A stretch of DNA of 64,000 nt from Erysipelotrichaceae bacterium (GCA_015059045.1 SVBD01000004.1:22773-86772), one strand, 5' to 3'; positions 18,312 through 29,079 are shown, counted from the stretch's first letter. Notes: a model not told the origin generated them from the letters alone. A program made the numbers and translations.

Positions 18312-19253
18312 ATCCTCATCAATAATAAACATTGGTCTATTTTGACTTTCAATCATAATTCTAGATAGGTATTCTCCAAAGATTCCTAATACCAACAACA
18401 CAATTGATAAACAGAAGAACATACATAAAATTATAGTTAATACTCCAAAATTAAATCCAAATAGGAATTGATTATTTACTAAATGAATAATAAATAAAGT
18501 TAAATCCGCAACTAATCCCATAGATGAAATAAGACCGAAGAATATTGCTAATTTTAACGCCCATTTTAATGGTGAAACTGTACTTGAAACAATGCTATCT
18601 CCCGCTAATTTGAACATCGATTTATAGTTGTAATGAGTTTCACCTTTTGGTCTTTTTGCTCTAACAAATTCAACAGTTGTAGTTTTAAATCCGGCATAAG
18701 GAACTAGGACTCTAAATACACGATTTTTTTCTGGCAAACTATTAATTTCGTCAACTACTTTGCGGTCCATCAAACGATAATTCCCTACATTTTCTGGAAC
18801 TTTAATTTTGCCAGACATTTTGCTAATGATTTTATAGTACCAAGCTGCTGTTGTTCTTTTTAAGAACGAATCTGATTTACGATCAACTCTTTTTGCGTTA
18901 ACAACAAGATATCCTTCTTTATATTTTTCTAATAATTCAAAAATAACTTCAGGTGGATCTTGTAAGTCGGCATCCATAACAATCATTACATCACCTTTCG
19001 CACATTTAAAGCCTGCAGCAACAGCGGCTTCATGGCCAAAGTTTCTAGAAAAAGAAACAATATGAATATCATTGTTCTTCTTTTTATATTCTTTTAATAA
19101 TTCTAACGTTTTATCTCTACTACCATCATTAACGCAAACGATTTCTTTTGTATAGTCTTTAATTTGATTTAATACTTCTTCTATTTTTTCAAAAAATAAA
19201 GGAATCATTTCTTCTTCATTATACATAGGTACAATTAAGGATAATTTTTTCAT
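18303..19253 (-). CDS. GT2 polyprenyl-phosphate glycosyltransferase (GtrB/YkcC/CsbB-like)
   Basis: IVPMYNEE, VNDGSRD, SRNFGH, MDADLQDPP, two C-terminal TMs, QNRPMFII. Confidence 0.92.
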   Translation of the reverse strand: MKKLSLIVPMYNEEEMIPLFFEKIEEVLNQIKDYTKEIVCVNDGSRDKTLELLKEYKKKNNDIHIVSFSRNFGHEAAVAAGFKCAKGDVMIVMDADLQDPPEVIFELLEKYKEGYLVVNAKRVDRKSDSFLKRTTAAWYYKIISKMSGKIKVPENVGNYRLMDRKVVDEINSLPEKNRVFRVLVPYAGFKTTTVEFVRAKRPKGETHYNYKSMFKLAGDSIVSSTVSPLKWALKLAIFFGLISSMGLVADLTLFIIHLVNNQFLFGFNFGVLTIILCMFFCLSIVLLVLGIFGEYLSRIMIESQNRPMFIIDEDLE

Positions 19254-19448
19254 ATACACCACTCTTTTCTTTATTACAAATATTATAGCATTATTATTAA
19301 AAATTGGGTATTAATTAATTCTTTTTATCATATATTATTACCTCTAATGTAATTTGCACAAATTATTTTATATAAATAATCACATAAATGATTATTTCAT
19401 TACTCTTTTTTTATGATATAATAATTAAAAACAAAGGGAGGACAAAAT

Positions 19449-22400
19449 ATGGACTCAACAAATACAATCAATAGTTGGAAAGAAAAGATTAAAGCTAATT
19501 TATTAAAAGAGCACTTTTATAGTTATTCGACTGACGAATCATTTACTTTACCTATTATTAACGATGATACTAATAATCTTTTTGATTTATTGCTAAAAGG
19601 TGAAACATTCATTTTCGGAGAATTAAATGATGTTACATTCATTGGAAAAGCAATGAGTGACTTTATTAACGAACATCAAGGTGTAAACATTTTATTTTCA
19701 AACAAAAATCAAATTAAGCAAAGAGAAATATTAAATAAAATTATTGAGATCAATAACAATTCAATTGCGAATAATTCGTACTCTATTGCTTATCTTTCGT
19801 TTGGGAAAATCACTTATCAATTAGATGGTAAAAAATTCCAAGCCCCTTTAGTTTTTATTCCTGTTAGAGTGTTTAAATCAACAAAGGATAATTATTATCG
19901 CGTTGTAAGATTAAACAAAGAAATTAAATTAAATACTCCATTAATTGAATTATTAAAAAAAGAAAGAAAAATTGATTTATCTTATCCAGTAAATAATAAA
20001 TTCAATTTAGGAGAATACTTATATTACTTATCAGTAAAAGTTAAACCAATTAACTGGATTGTTAATAATGAGAATTTCTTATCTTGTTTTGATTTTTCAT
20101 ATTACTCAGATTTGAAATTCATTAACGAAAACCAAAACATTATCGCCCAAAATCAATTGGTTAAAAGAATTGCTTATTTGAATTCTGAATTCTTCTCATT
20201 CAATCAAAAAGAATCTTTCCCATTAGATACTAAGTTTTTATCTTTATTAGATATGCAAAATGAGGAATATAATTTGTTAAGAACTATTTCTCGTGGTGAT
20301 AATTTATTAATTAGATGTGAACAACATTCAAATAAATATCACTTTATTACCAATGTAATTTTAACTTATTTATTAAACAACAAGCGCGTTCTTTTAGCTT
20401 ATTCAAATAACGAAGAGAAAAATGAACTACTTAATGAAATCAAAAAGAACTCTATTGAAAAATTTACTTTAGATTTATCTTTAGGATCAATTAACAAAAC
20501 TGACACTTTAGCGTCTTTAAGTAGTTATGATAAGTTAGTTCTTCCTTATAATAGTTTACACCCAATCGCAATTGATGAAGATGTAACTAGATACTATAAT
20601 CTTAAAAATTCATTCCAAGAAATCATCAATAGTTTGCGTACAACCAAAAATTCTTTAAATACATCAATTAATAAAATTATTAACAATTACTATGCTTTGG
20701 CAAAATATCCATTATTAGACGTTTCTTTCAAAGCTACAAATAAAATTGATTTAGAAGTATTGCAACAATATTTACTTCTTGTTAAGGAATTTGCAAATTC
20801 AATTGAAGCTTTAAATTGCCCTATCGAAGAACACCCTTTCTATGGATTCAATCGAAAAGTTATGAAGAAAGAAGACTACATACCATTAAAAAATAGCGTA
20901 ATTTCTCTTTCTGCAACTTTACAAGATGCAATTAATATTTATAACTATGGAGTTAAAAAATATCATCTTCCTTCAGTTTCTACCTTAAAGGAAATGAAAG
21001 CAGTCTTAAACATTTTAACTTTCGTAGATTATTATAAAGATCTTCCTATTGATTTTTTAAAGGACGATATTATTGATGAAACATATGATAAACTTAAAAA
21101 TCTATATTTAAAAATTGAACAAAATAATCAAAAATTAGATTCACTATGGGGAAATTATCCTTTACTAAAAAATATTTCTTTAGAGGAATTAGAACAAGCT
21201 AATAAATCAAAGAAAAAGAAAACTGCATATGCGTCTTTAAAGAAAAAATACCAAGTAAAACATCTTTCGACTAATGAATATGGATATTTGTTCGATTCTA
21301 TCTTGTCTTTATTAAGAGTTAAACAAAACTTAGAAGAAATTAAATTGAGTTTTAATCATAGTTACATAGAATTTTTAAGCAATCATACTTTTGAAGAGCT
21401 TAGAGAAATTATTAATAACATTAACAATTATCGTTACAACCTTAATTACTTAAGCGATAAGAGTTCATTTGATATTTGTTATTTAGTTAAAGATACTAAT
21501 ATTGAATCAAGTAAACACCGTCAAGCAATGCAATTAGCATTTAATTCAATTTTATCTAACAGTCAAATCGTCCAAAAATACTTTGACAAAAATGTATTTA
21601 ATTACGAAAAGATTAATTTAGATGTTTATTTAGAAAAAATTAATATGCTATCTTTAAACTTTGCTTCTGTTAATGATTATATCGATTACTATGTATCAAA
21701 ACATAAAATCAACAAGGCAATGAATATGCTTGGAGATAAGTTATTAGAGTGTGGTCATTATTCTAACTTTGAAAATATCTTCTTAAAGAGATTCTATTAT
21801 GACTTATTAACTGCAACACTTAAAAACAAGAAAATGTCAGATAGTCTAAGTAGAAAAAATATCTTTAGTTTATTAGAAAACTTCAAAGATAGCGATAATA
21901 AAAGAAAGAGTTTAATTGAAAAAATTATTTATAATAACTTCTCTAAAAATACAAGTACTACTCTTTACAACATTAAAGCAACCGAAGGAAATGAAATTAA
22001 AAAATTACTAAGTGATGAAAATTATTTCATTAATTTAGATTCTCTATGTGAGCTCTTCTCACAAAGTATTCATAATTTTAAACCATGTGTATTAACAAGT
22101 TATAAAAACGTTTCTTCGTTATTAAATAATAAAAATTATCAATTTGATGTCGTAATTTTATTATCTAATCGTTCAATGAAAATTAGAGACGTTCTTCCTT
22201 GCCTAGTTAAATCAAATCAATTATTAGTAATTGATCAAAAACCATTAACCGAAGATATTAGAAGTTCATTAATTACAAGTTCTAATCCTGCTAATTTAGT
22301 TTTTGCAAGCAAAAATACATTCAACGAAATCGTCTATACTCAAAGAGATCACTCTCTTGCATCGTTAATTCAAAATAATCTATATGATTTAGACTTTAAA

Positions 22401-23237
22401 GCATACTTAGTTGAAAAATTAAATGATTATGGATTTGATGTTGGAATGAATCGTGCATTAAATGACCAAGTCATTGATATCTTAGTCAAAGTTCCAAATT
22501 CTAATTCTTCAATTGCAATTATGGTCGATCACTTCCCTTACTATTCTCCAGAAGAAGCAAGTGAAGCGTTCTATTATCAAGAACAATTCTTAAAAGATAA
22601 AGGATATAGTCCATATCGAGTATTCACCGCTCTTTTCTTCATCGATGAAGAAAATGAATTTAACAAACTAATTGAATTCATCATCGCTCAATCCAAACTT
22701 ATTCCTGAAGCAGCTGTTAAGAAAAATACTATATTGTTGATGGATTACCTTTTCCCATTATTTAAAGATCCTAGACATGTATATTACGAATTAACTAACG
22801 TTAATAAACTAAATGAAAAATTAACTTCTTTCTTAGAAGAATGTGCTCCTATTTCTCTTGATGAAATACGTGTTGTATTTAAAGAGAATATTGAAGAAGA
22901 ACTTAACAATTTAGCTGCAAGCGGATTAATTGAAATTAAAGATAATTTTATTTTATTGATTGGCAAGAAAATTCGTTTTAGAAGAGTAGATAGAAACAAA
23001 GAATTCTATCGTCCTTTAGACCTTGTTAGCGACATTGAATACTATGATGCAATTTACGATATTATCAACTATAAATCTTCGTTAGATAAAGATACAATCA
23101 TTAAAATGATTCTTCTTTCTTTGGGCTATAAGAAAGCAAATAAAGAAAAATATGAGTTTGTCGAAGAAAGAATCGATTATTTATTAGAACAAAAAGTAAT
23201 TTTTATTGAAAATAATATTATTTATAAAAACATTTAA
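19449..23237 (+). CDS. DUF4011 / degenerate SF1 helicase / Vsr-like (MTES_1575) nuclease / DUF3320 protein (Hhe-like), catalytic motifs eroded
   Basis: WKEKI N-terminus, YLSFG..FQAPLVFIPV (DUF4011), PCVLTSY..V..FDVVI (pre-Walker B), and an IDILVK..IAIMVD..Y..GY..YRVF nuclease-like block. Confidence 0.75.
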   Translation: MDSTNTINSWKEKIKANLLKEHFYSYSTDESFTLPIINDDTNNLFDLLLKGETFIFGELNDVTFIGKAMSDFINEHQGVNILFSNKNQIKQREILNKIIEINNNSIANNSYSIAYLSFGKITYQLDGKKFQAPLVFIPVRVFKSTKDNYYRVVRLNKEIKLNTPLIELLKKERKIDLSYPVNNKFNLGEYLYYLSVKVKPINWIVNNENFLSCFDFSYYSDLKFINENQNIIAQNQLVKRIAYLNSEFFSFNQKESFPLDTKFLSLLDMQNEEYNLLRTISRGDNLLIRCEQHSNKYHFITNVILTYLLNNKRVLLAYSNNEEKNELLNEIKKNSIEKFTLDLSLGSINKTDTLASLSSYDKLVLPYNSLHPIAIDEDVTRYYNLKNSFQEIINSLRTTKNSLNTSINKIINNYYALAKYPLLDVSFKATNKIDLEVLQQYLLLVKEFANSIEALNCPIEEHPFYGFNRKVMKKEDYIPLKNSVISLSATLQDAINIYNYGVKKYHLPSVSTLKEMKAVLNILTFVDYYKDLPIDFLKDDIIDETYDKLKNLYLKIEQNNQKLDSLWGNYPLLKNISLEELEQANKSKKKKTAYASLKKKYQVKHLSTNEYGYLFDSILSLLRVKQNLEEIKLSFNHSYIEFLSNHTFEELREIINNINNYRYNLNYLSDKSSFDICYLVKDTNIESSKHRQAMQLAFNSILSNSQIVQKYFDKNVFNYEKINLDVYLEKINMLSLNFASVNDYIDYYVSKHKINKAMNMLGDKLLECGHYSNFENIFLKRFYYDLLTATLKNKKMSDSLSRKNIFSLLENFKDSDNKRKSLIEKIIYNNFSKNTSTTLYNIKATEGNEIKKLLSDENYFINLDSLCELFSQSIHNFKPCVLTSYKNVSSLLNNKNYQFDVVILLSNRSMKIRDVLPCLVKSNQLLVIDQKPLTEDIRSSLITSSNPANLVFASKNTFNEIVYTQRDHSLASLIQNNLYDLDFKAYLVEKLNDYGFDVGMNRALNDQVIDILVKVPNSNSSIAIMVDHFPYYSPEEASEAFYYQEQFLKDKGYSPYRVFTALFFIDEENEFNKLIEFIIAQSKLIPEAAVKKNTILLMDYLFPLFKDPRHVYYELTNVNKLNEKLTSFLEECAPISLDEIRVVFKENIEEELNNLAASGLIEIKDNFILLIGKKIRFRRVDRNKEFYRPLDLVSDIEYYDAIYDIINYKSSLDKDTIIKMILLSLGYKKANKEKYEFVEERIDYLLEQKVIFIENNIIYKNI

Positions 23238-23305
23238 TTAAATATTTTATAGCGAAATGACTATAATAATTAATAGCGAACTAACCAATTACTTAGGAGT
23301 CCAAA

Positions 23306-25153
23306 ATGGATAAATATCAAAACCTTTTTAATGAAATTTCAAATTATGATATTAAAAAAGCAAATGTTAAAGAACTAAGAGAACTAAGCTCAAAAATTAG
23401 AGAATACATTATTAAAGAATGTAGCATCAATGGTGGACACTTAGCTAGTAACCTCGGCATTGTTGAATTAACAATTGCTTTGCACAGAGCCTTCTCCTTT
23501 CCAGAAGATAAGCTCCTTTTCGACGTATCTCATCAATGTTATACCCATAAGATTTTAAGTGGCAGATCGCTAGAAAATCTTCGTCAAGAAAATGGAGTTG
23601 ACGGATTTCAAAAAAGACATGAATCGAAATACGATCCTTATGAAGCTGGTCACTCATCTACTTCTATTTCTACAGCAATGGGTATGGCTTTAGCTAGAGA
23701 TATGAATAACCAAGATTATCATATTATTTCTTTAATTGGTGATTCTTCAATCGCTAATGGAATGGCTTTTGAAGCCTTAAATAATAATGATAAATTCAAT
23801 CACAAAGTAATAATTATTATCAATGATAATAATATGTCTATTGACCAACCAGTAGGGGCTTTACACAATATGCTTCAAAATATTCGTCTTTCACCAAAAT
23901 ATATTAGATGGAAAGATCGTTATAGAAAACATATGGAAAAAAACAAATTCACTCAATGGTTATTCTCTTTCACAAAAAAAATTAAAGATGGCATTACCCA
24001 CTTAATTTATCGAGATAACTTCTTTGGGACATTTGGATATTACTATATTGGTGATGTTGATGGATATGATTTTAAAGAGATGGCGCACGCATTTAAAAAA
24101 GCTAAGAAAAAGAAATCTTCAGTTGTAATCCATGTGTCTACAATTAAAGGAAAAGGGTATAATCTTGCTGAAACTAGTAATGTTTCTTCTTGGCATAGCG
24201 TACCCCCTTTCAATATTGAAGATGGTAGTATAAAAGATGTTCTACCAGAAAATAAAATTAAATTATCAAAAGTAATCGCTAATAAAATTGAAGAAGAATT
24301 ATCTAAAGATCCTAATTCAATTTTAATCACAGCAAGTACTAGTGTTGGTAGTAATTTTGATACTGTTATTAAAAATTATCCAGAACAAGCTTTAGATGTA
24401 GGAATATCTGAAGAACACGCCGTCACCTTTGCCAGCGGTTGCGCTTTAAATAATAAACACGCCTTTGTTTCAATGTATTCAACTTTCCTTCAAAGAAGCT
24501 ATGATCAAATTAATCACGATGTAGCACGAATGGATTTACCAGTAACTTTCTTAATTGATCGTTCAGGATTAGTAGGAAAAGATGGGGAAACTCACCAAGG
24601 AATCTTTGATGAATCCTTCCTTTTAAATATGCCTAATATGAATGTTTGTATGGGCAAAGACGAAATCGAATATGCTAGATTAATTGAATTTAGTAGAACC
24701 TTTAATCATCCTTTAGCAATTAGATACCCTATTTTAGAAAGTGAAAAAACACCATATTATAAAGATACAATTGAATATGGAAAATGGAAAATAGAAAAAG
24801 AAGCAAATAATAAAGATATTTGTATTATTTCTTACGGTCCAAAATTAAAAGAAGTAATTAACTTATTTGATAATATTACAATAGTTAACGCTATCTTCCA
24901 ATCACCTCTTGATGAAGAGTGTTTAAAATCTTTATTAGAATATAAAAACATTATTATCTATTCACCTTATGGAATTGAACAAGGATTTACTTATCACACA
25001 TTCATTAAATTAATGGATTTAGGCTATAAAAATAGAGTTCATAGAATGAGTTTGCCTAACAAATACATTAGTAAAGGAACAATTGAACAACAAGAAAAAA
25101 GATGTCATATCGACATCTCTTCATTAAAAGAATTAATTAATTCAATAAAGTAA
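23306..25153 (+). CDS. dxs: 1-deoxy-D-xylulose-5-phosphate synthase
   Basis: GGHLASNLG, FDVSHQCYTHK, GHSSTSIS, GDSSIANGMAFEALN, NDNNMSI, DVGISEEHA, DGETHQG. Confidence 0.97.
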   Translation: MDKYQNLFNEISNYDIKKANVKELRELSSKIREYIIKECSINGGHLASNLGIVELTIALHRAFSFPEDKLLFDVSHQCYTHKILSGRSLENLRQENGVDGFQKRHESKYDPYEAGHSSTSISTAMGMALARDMNNQDYHIISLIGDSSIANGMAFEALNNNDKFNHKVIIIINDNNMSIDQPVGALHNMLQNIRLSPKYIRWKDRYRKHMEKNKFTQWLFSFTKKIKDGITHLIYRDNFFGTFGYYYIGDVDGYDFKEMAHAFKKAKKKKSSVVIHVSTIKGKGYNLAETSNVSSWHSVPPFNIEDGSIKDVLPENKIKLSKVIANKIEEELSKDPNSILITASTSVGSNFDTVIKNYPEQALDVGISEEHAVTFASGCALNNKHAFVSMYSTFLQRSYDQINHDVARMDLPVTFLIDRSGLVGKDGETHQGIFDESFLLNMPNMNVCMGKDEIEYARLIEFSRTFNHPLAIRYPILESEKTPYYKDTIEYGKWKIEKEANNKDICIISYGPKLKEVINLFDNITIVNAIFQSPLDEECLKSLLEYKNIIIYSPYGIEQGFTYHTFIKLMDLGYKNRVHRMSLPNKYISKGTIEQQEKRCHIDISSLKELINSIK

Positions 25154-25882
25154 TTACTCCTTTATTGCTCCATATCTTCTATCTCTAGAACAATATTCTT
25201 TTAAACACTCAACAAATTCTTTTTCCTTAAAATCAGGCCAATATGTTGGAGTGAATATAAATTCAGCGTACGCTAATTGATATAATAAGAAATTAGATAA
25301 ACGATTTTCCCCACTAGTTCTAATCATCAAATCAACTTCTGGCAAATATGCTGAATCTAAATATGTTTGAAATAATTTATCGTCGATATTATCTATATCG
25401 ACTTTTTTATTTTCTACATCTTTAGCGATATTTTTAACAGCTTTTAAAATCTCTTGTCTAGATCCATAGTTTAAACAAATATTAAAGACAAATTTATCAT
25501 TATTAAATGTTCTGTTAATTGCTTCATTTAAAACTCTTCTAGTTTTTTCAGGAAGTCTAGAAGCATCACCCATATGATTTACTTTAACTCCCTTTTCCAT
25601 AAATTTATCAATATTACTATTAAAGAATTCTTCTAGATATTCAAATAATAATTTAATTTCATCTTCAGGGCGATTCCAGTTTTCAGTGGAAAAAGCATAT
25701 AAAGTAAATACTTTAATTCCATATCTCATACATAAATTAAAAATTTCTTCTACTCTTTTACACCCTTCTTTGTGTCCAAAAGTTCTTGGCATTAATCTTT
25801 TCTTTGCCCATCTTCCATTTCCATCCATAATAACTGCAAGATGATTTAATGGTTTAGTTAATACAAATTGTTCTTTTTTCAT
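25154..25882 (-). CDS. uppS: Undecaprenyl diphosphate synthase
   Basis: IMDGNGRWA, AFSTENWNRP, NYGSR, RTSGENRLSNFLLYQ, RRYG. Confidence 0.97.
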   Translation of the reverse strand: MKKEQFVLTKPLNHLAVIMDGNGRWAKKRLMPRTFGHKEGCKRVEEIFNLCMRYGIKVFTLYAFSTENWNRPEDEIKLLFEYLEEFFNSNIDKFMEKGVKVNHMGDASRLPEKTRRVLNEAINRTFNNDKFVFNICLNYGSRQEILKAVKNIAKDVENKKVDIDNIDDKLFQTYLDSAYLPEVDLMIRTSGENRLSNFLLYQLAYAEFIFTPTYWPDFKEKEFVECLKEYCSRDRRYGAIKE

Positions 25883-25883
25883 A

Positions 25884-26750
25884 TTAATTCCTTTCTAGAT
25901 AATCTTTAATTTTATTAATTATCTCCATAGGTGCGCTAGTACCACTTAACATAATTACGTTGTTATAATTGGATATATCTTCTTTTTCAAAATCAGTTAC
26001 ATCATTAATTTGTAATACCTTTTTATTTTTGTGATATGCTTTCGCAGTTTGATATAGCTTAGTTGTATTGCTCGAATTAGGCGATCCGACAATAACAATT
26101 AACTCATAACTATCATCTATATTTTTAATTTGCTCTTGTCTAATTCTAGTCGCGCCACACACTTCATTTGATAATTCAGAGTTAGGAATATTCTTCTTTA
26201 TTTCTTTATGAATTTCTTTTAATTCTAAAATTGATAAAGTGGTTTGATTAATAACTAAAGGATTCTCAAAATTAACCTTACTATAATCAATCTTTTCTTT
26301 TATATCATATAAGATCACTTGTTCGCCTAGTGATAAACTAGCAATAGTTTCTTCATGATCCTTTTTACCAATATAAATAACGCCACGATCTAGGTTTTCC
26401 TTAATTAATCTCATGTTTTCCTTTACATTAACACAAGTAGTATCAAAATAAGTAATACCTCTTTCTTCTAATACTTGATTGTAAATTTCTGGATGGCCAT
26501 GCGCAGTAAAAATAACAATATCGTCTTTATTAAAACTCTTTAATTGCGCTATTGCAGTTTCCCTAGAAAAAGGAACTGTATTAATTCCTAATTCTTTTAA
26601 TTTTTCAATAACAAAAGAATTGTGAACTAATTCACCAAAAACATAAATATTAGAATTAGGATATTGTTTTTTAACTTCCTTCGCCTTTTCTATTGCAGAG
26701 ATTACTCCAAAACAATAACCTATTGGTTTTTGTAAAATTACTCTTCTCAT
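25884..26750 (-). CDS. ispH: 4-hydroxy-3-methylbut-2-enyl diphosphate reductase
   Basis: GYCFGV, VHN, AHG, DTTC, H.E, NQTT, VCGAT..RQ, SSNT, GTSAP. Confidence 0.95.
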   Translation of the reverse strand: MRRVILQKPIGYCFGVISAIEKAKEVKKQYPNSNIYVFGELVHNSFVIEKLKELGINTVPFSRETAIAQLKSFNKDDIVIFTAHGHPEIYNQVLEERGITYFDTTCVNVKENMRLIKENLDRGVIYIGKKDHEETIASLSLGEQVILYDIKEKIDYSKVNFENPLVINQTTLSILELKEIHKEIKKNIPNSELSNEVCGATRIRQEQIKNIDDSYELIVIVGSPNSSNTTKLYQTAKAYHKNKKVLQINDVTDFEKEDISNYNNVIMLSGTSAPMEIINKIKDYLERN

Positions 26751-27125
26751 TTATTTTACCTTTGACATAAATTTTTCTTTATTAACAATACATCTTTTAT
26801 GCGTCATTTTTGAAACTAAAGTGTTTGAATCATGCGCAAGAATATTAAATGTAAGAATTCTTCCCTCAACATTAATTAATTCACACTCTACTTTTACTTC
26901 ATCATTTAACTCTGTAGGCGCTAAATGGGACATTTCAACATTAATTCCTACCGTTGAATCTAATTCACTTAATTCTTCATTTACTAACTCTTTTGCACTA
27001 TTTTCCATAAAAGCAAGTAAAGAAGGAGTAGCTAAAACATCTAAATCTCCACTTCCAACTTGAGATGCTAGATTTTGATAATTTACTTTATATACAAATG
27101 TTTTCTTCAATCCGATATTTAACAT
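26751..27125 (-). CDS. Fluoroacetyl-CoA thioesterase (FlK)-like hotdog thioesterase
   Basis: GSGDLDVLATP, FMENSA, TVG..SHLAPT (Thr-Glu-His triad). Confidence 0.88.
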   Translation of the reverse strand: MLNIGLKKTFVYKVNYQNLASQVGSGDLDVLATPSLLAFMENSAKELVNEELSELDSTVGINVEMSHLAPTELNDEVKVECELINVEGRILTFNILAHDSNTLVSKMTHKRCIVNKEKFMSKVK

Positions 27126-27223
27126 ACTTTAATCACCTGTCTATATTATAAATAATAAAAATAATTAATAAAATAAAGACTTAACTATTATTAGTAAAAT
27201 AATTATAATAAAAAGGTGATATT

Positions 27224-28561
27224 ATGAAAGAAAGAAAAAGCTCCCTTATATCCTTAGGATTACCAATATTCATTCAATTAATGTTATTCAACTTGTTATC
27301 AACAGTTGATACTTTAATGATTACTAAATATAACGAACAATTTATCATTTCCATGAATAACGCTAACCAAGTTATCCATATGTTAAATGTTCTTCTTTTA
27401 ATCTGTTCAACTGGAGTTGGTATTGTTATTGCCCAATATCTAGGAGCTAAAAAAGAAGAAGATGCAAAGAAAAGCTTTAGTAATGGCTTAATTTTTAATT
27501 TATCTTTAAGTTTGGTCTTATTCTTAGTTATTCTTTTATTTAATAAACCTTTATTAACTCTAATTCAATGTCCTAGCGAATATTTAGATAATGCAGTAAC
27601 TTATATTTCTATTATTGCATGGGGTATTCCACTTAATGCACTAACTAATATTTATTCCGCTAATTTAAGAGCAAATAAAAAACCTGGATTTATTACTATT
27701 ATCGCAGTTCTATCTAACTTATTAAATGTGCTACTAAACTACTTATTGATATTTGGTAATTGGGGATTACCAGAACTCGGTATTAAAGGTGCAGCTATTG
27801 CAACTTTATCAAGCCAAGCATTTATATTATTATGCGCGGTTGTTTTCTCTCCAATCATTCTTAAAAAGAAAATCTTATCATTCAAACTATCTTTGCCACA
27901 CTTAAAACAAATTCTAAAAATTGGCTTACCTTCAGCATTAGAAACTTTTGCCTATACCTTTGCAGGAATGTTTGTTACCGCTGCAGTCAATAAGTTAACT
28001 GAACCAGAAATGCTTGCCAGAACCTATGTAAATATGATCATGCTATATATTTATCAATTCTCAATTTCCTTTGGTCAAGCTAACGCTATTTTAGTAGGTC
28101 ATGATGTTGGTCAAGAAAAATATCAAGAAGCAAAGAAAAGAACTCATAAGTCATTCTTAATTTGCTTACCTATTTTATTTGTCGTAATCATAATTTTAAA
28201 CATCTTTGGAAAAGATGTTATCTCTTGGATTATTGAAGATGTTAAGAATCCAGAACTAGTATTAAAATACGCAACAAGTGTTTTACCTTGGTTATTCTTA
28301 TATGAATTTGGTAGATGTGTTAATTTAATCTATATCAACTCATTAAAAGCATCTGGTGATGTTCTCTTCCCTTTAATAGGTGGAATTATTAGTATGTTTA
28401 TCTTTTCCGCTTTAGGAAGCTGGGTTTTAGGCGTATATTTAAAATTAGGATTCTTAGGAGTTTTCCTTGCTCAGGCTCTTGATGAAGCAGTTAGAGCGAT
28501 ATTTATGTTAATTAGATGGAGTAATAACAAATGGATGAACAAATCAATTGTCAAAAGATAA
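27224..28561 (+). CDS. MATE family efflux transporter
   Basis: 12 TMs; LSTVDTLM, AQYLGAKK, NVLLNYLLIFGNWGLPELGIKGAAIAT, KASGD. Confidence 0.93.
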   Translation: MKERKSSLISLGLPIFIQLMLFNLLSTVDTLMITKYNEQFIISMNNANQVIHMLNVLLLICSTGVGIVIAQYLGAKKEEDAKKSFSNGLIFNLSLSLVLFLVILLFNKPLLTLIQCPSEYLDNAVTYISIIAWGIPLNALTNIYSANLRANKKPGFITIIAVLSNLLNVLLNYLLIFGNWGLPELGIKGAAIATLSSQAFILLCAVVFSPIILKKKILSFKLSLPHLKQILKIGLPSALETFAYTFAGMFVTAAVNKLTEPEMLARTYVNMIMLYIYQFSISFGQANAILVGHDVGQEKYQEAKKRTHKSFLICLPILFVVIIILNIFGKDVISWIIEDVKNPELVLKYATSVLPWLFLYEFGRCVNLIYINSLKASGDVLFPLIGGIISMFIFSALGSWVLGVYLKLGFLGVFLAQALDEAVRAIFMLIRWSNNKWMNKSIVKR

Positions 28562-29079
28562 AAAAAGAAATTAAACTTGTCTCTATTAAAGAACTTCCTT
28601 TTGTTATGGAAATAATTAACGATGCAAAGAAATTACTAGGTAAAGATTCTCTTCAATGGCAGCAAGGGTATCCAAATGAAACTACGATGTCTAACGATAT
28701 TAAGAATTCCCATTTATATGGTTATTACATTAATAACTATTTAGTTGGAATTGTTTCTTTAGTTCCAGGAATAGATATTAATTATTTAGAAATTGAAAAC
28801 GGCTCATGGGAAAATTATCCTAGTGAAAATGATTTAAACATCCATCGTATCGCAATTAGAAAAGAGTTCCACAAAAAGAAACTAGGAGAAAAACTTTTAA
28901 AATTCGCTATTAGTTTTGCTAAAGAAAATAATTATAAGTCTATTAAACTTGATACTCACGTTAAAAATATTGCAATGCAAAAAATATCTTTAAATTCCGG
29001 TTTTTCCTATAAAGGGATTATCTATTTAAAAAGAGACGAGATTGATAACTCTCGTCTTGCTTATGAATTAATCGTTTAA
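28531..29079 (+). CDS. GNAT family N-acetyltransferase
   Basis: QWQQGYPN, IHRIAI, IKLDTHVKNIAMQ, GF.Y.G. Confidence 0.88.
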   Translation: MDEQINCQKIKKEIKLVSIKELPFVMEIINDAKKLLGKDSLQWQQGYPNETTMSNDIKNSHLYGYYINNYLVGIVSLVPGIDINYLEIENGSWENYPSENDLNIHRIAIRKEFHKKKLGEKLLKFAISFAKENNYKSIKLDTHVKNIAMQKISLNSGFSYKGIIYLKRDEIDNSRLAYELIV

